Origin: Paracoccaceae bacterium
GTDB taxonomy: Bacteria; Pseudomonadota; Alphaproteobacteria; Rhodobacterales; Rhodobacteraceae
Assembly: GCA_046757205.1 (NCBI GenBank)
Contig: JBHHXR010000001.1
Coordinates: 1 to 43,032 of the forward strand
Direction of reading: 5' to 3'
DNA length: 43,032 nt
The stretch's first letter is position 1. Each line of letters begins with the position of its first letter. Both the position numbers and the translations under genes were made by a program. Positions 41,681-43,032 of the stretch are shown here, in pieces. The notes beneath the pieces were generated by a model, which saw only the letters and a program-made list of their open reading frames with translations, was not told the origin of the DNA and did no database searches.

Positions 41681-41799
41681 TGCAGCCTGTTTTGTCTGCC
41701 GATACACGTCTTTAGATATAGCTTTGAGGCGTAAACACAATATCACGCTGCAAGTCGGCGAAAACACCTGTCGCAACGTCGCAGCGTACCGGAGCCGGA

Positions 41800-43032
41800 A
41801 TGCGGAAGAGACATTGGCTGTATTTGCTGTCGGGGCTCGGCATCGCAGGCGTCGCGGCGGCTTTTCAGGCCCGGATGGGAAGCGCCGGATTCTTCCTTGT
41901 CGTGGTGGCGTCTTTCGCGGTTTTCGCGGTTATCCTCGAATTTGCGCTGCGCGACGACAGCCGGGTGCGGCGCAGCGGCGGCGACCGCGCGCCGGACAAA
42001 CCGCCGCAGGAGCTTTCGCGCACCGTCCTGAACCAGATCCCGGCCCCGGTCATCGTGGTCGGGCGAAACGGGCTTGTCGCCTATGCCAACCCGGCCTCGT
42101 TCCGGGCGTTTCCCTGGCTGGAACGCAACAGCCATTTCGCCTCGCTCTTCCGGGCGCCGGCGTTCGTCGGGGCGGTAGGCGAGGTTCTGCAGTCGGGCGG
42201 CCTCCGGGAGGTCGCGTTTTCCGCGCACCACGGTACCGAACGGTATTACGAGGCGCAGGTTTCCGCCCTGCCGGACAGCGACGGTTTCCTGCCCGAGGCC
42301 CGTGCGCTCATTCTTGTCATGGACCGCAGCGCCGAGCGGCTGACGGAAATGAAACGTCGCGATTTCGTCGCCAATGCCAGTCACGAACTGCGCACGCCGC
42401 TTGCGTCGATCGCCGGTTTCGCGGAGACCCTGCGGGGGCCGGCAAGAAACGACCCCGAAGCGAGCGCCGAGTTCGTCGGCATCATCGCCGATCAGGCGGC
42501 GCGCATGCAGCGTCTGGTCGACGACCTCCTGGCGCTGAGCCGGATCGAACTGACGGAAAACGAAACGCCGGCCGGGGAGGTCGATCTCGATGCGCTGGCC
42601 GGCGAGGCCGTCCGGGCGCTGGAGCCGGAGGCGGCGAAGCGGGGAATTTCGCTGCGCCACGAACCGGCACCGGGCGGGGTTCCCGTCAGCGGCGACCGCG
42701 AGCAGCTGTATCAGGTGGTGCTCAACCTGATTGACAACGCCATCAAGTATTCGCGCCGCAACGATACGGTAACCGTCGGCCCGGCCGACGCCGCACCGCC
42801 CCGGTCGGGCCGCGTCGGCGTTTGTGTTGCCGACACCGGACCGGGCATCGCTCCGGAGCACGTTCCGCGCCTCACTGAACGGTTCTACCGGGTGAGCGCG
42901 CAGGAGAGCCGCGACAGGGGCGGGACCGGGCTCGGGCTGGCGATCGTGAAACACATCCTGAACCGGCACCACGGCGAACTGGAAATCCGCTCGGAGCCGG
43001 GAAAGGGAAGCAGGTTCACGGTGTGGCTGCCC
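41800..43032 (+). CDS. Two-component sensor histidine kinase, PhoR-like; 3' end runs off the window (not in the supplied ORF track)
   Basis: I translated frame 1 by hand from ATG 41800 (GGAG lies upstream). It gives MRKRHWLYLLSGLGIAG..., two TM segments, a PAS-like region, an H-box (FVANASHELRTPL), an N-box (LNLIDNAIKYS) and G-boxes (DTGPGI, GGTGLGLAIVKHI). No stop codon occurs before 43032. Confidence 0.85.
   Translation, partial: MRKRHWLYLLSGLGIAGVAAAFQARMGSAGFFLVVVASFAVFAVILEFALRDDSRVRRSGGDRAPDKPPQELSRTVLNQIPAPVIVVGRNGLVAYANPASFRAFPWLERNSHFASLFRAPAFVGAVGEVLQSGGLREVAFSAHHGTERYYEAQVSALPDSDGFLPEARALILVMDRSAERLTEMKRRDFVANASHELRTPLASIAGFAETLRGPARNDPEASAEFVGIIADQAARMQRLVDDLLALSRIELTENETPAGEVDLDALAGEAVRALEPEAAKRGISLRHEPAPGGVPVSGDREQLYQVVLNLIDNAIKYSRRNDTVTVGPADAAPPRSGRVGVCVADTGPGIAPEHVPRLTERFYRVSAQESRDRGGTGLGLAIVKHILNRHHGELEIRSEPGKGSRFTVWLP

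Noticed and set aside
41724-42734. A 336-aa plus-strand ORF in the final 1.3 kb.
   Set aside because: It is in the wrong frame. Frame 1 from ATG 41800 gives a complete H-box/N-box/G-box histidine kinase that runs off the window, which is why the track omits it. The listed ORF is Arg/Gly/Pro-rich.
1-43032. Search for tRNA, rRNA, tmRNA, IS elements, integrases, prophage genes, toxin-antitoxin pairs and known defence-system signatures (cas, RM, CBASS, retron RT).
   Set aside because: None of the ORF translations carries recognisable motifs for these. A tRNA-like T-arm candidate near 36215-36240 has a 9-nt loop and no acceptor stem.

Overview
High-GC alphaproteobacterial-type chromosomal window with about 40 supportable genes. 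No rRNA, tRNA, CRISPR array, transposase or integrase was found.

Layout:
- 3-413: 3' end of nrdJ.
- 961-3188: an orphan NodT-type outer-membrane factor with a C-terminal LysM domain, then an MsrQ-like membrane protein.
- About 3.4-23.7 kb: a large, tightly coupled glycan locus. It contains GT4, a GMC oxidoreductase, two FAD-oxidoreductase/flippase-like pairs, a GT87-like protein, UDP-xylose synthase, a GT-C-like membrane protein, two GT2 enzymes, a deacetylase, Wzx, a nucleotide-sugar dehydrogenase and two SDR enzymes.
- 23.9-25.2 kb: a class III aminotransferase.
- 25.2-31.4 kb: soxBDAG (heterotetrameric sarcosine oxidase) with a divergent GlxA/SouR-like AraC regulator.
- 31.5-34.3 kb: a desaturase plus PhnD-like operon, divergent from an XRE regulator.
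- About 34.1-37.6 kb: a small mosaic accessory islet.
- 37.6-43.0 kb: core genes ptsP, lysC, DUF1178 and a PhoR-like kinase that runs off the window.

Most unusual signals:
- A 728-bp low-GC single-gene insert sits between two perfect 149-bp direct repeats of the XRE gene 3' end, with no recombinase in the window.
- Next to it is a Tat-signal Ser/Gly/Pro protein built from 11 in-frame 15-bp tandem repeats.
- Next is a low-GC PD40 beta-propeller gene bracketed by a 27-bp hairpin-containing direct repeat.
- The glycan locus follows a lipid-linked-sugar logic (polyprenyl-P GT2, flippase-like and GT-C-like proteins) and contains a duplicated FAD-oxidoreductase/flippase-like module.

All functional calls rest on my recognition of family motifs in the translated ORFs. 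No database search was run.
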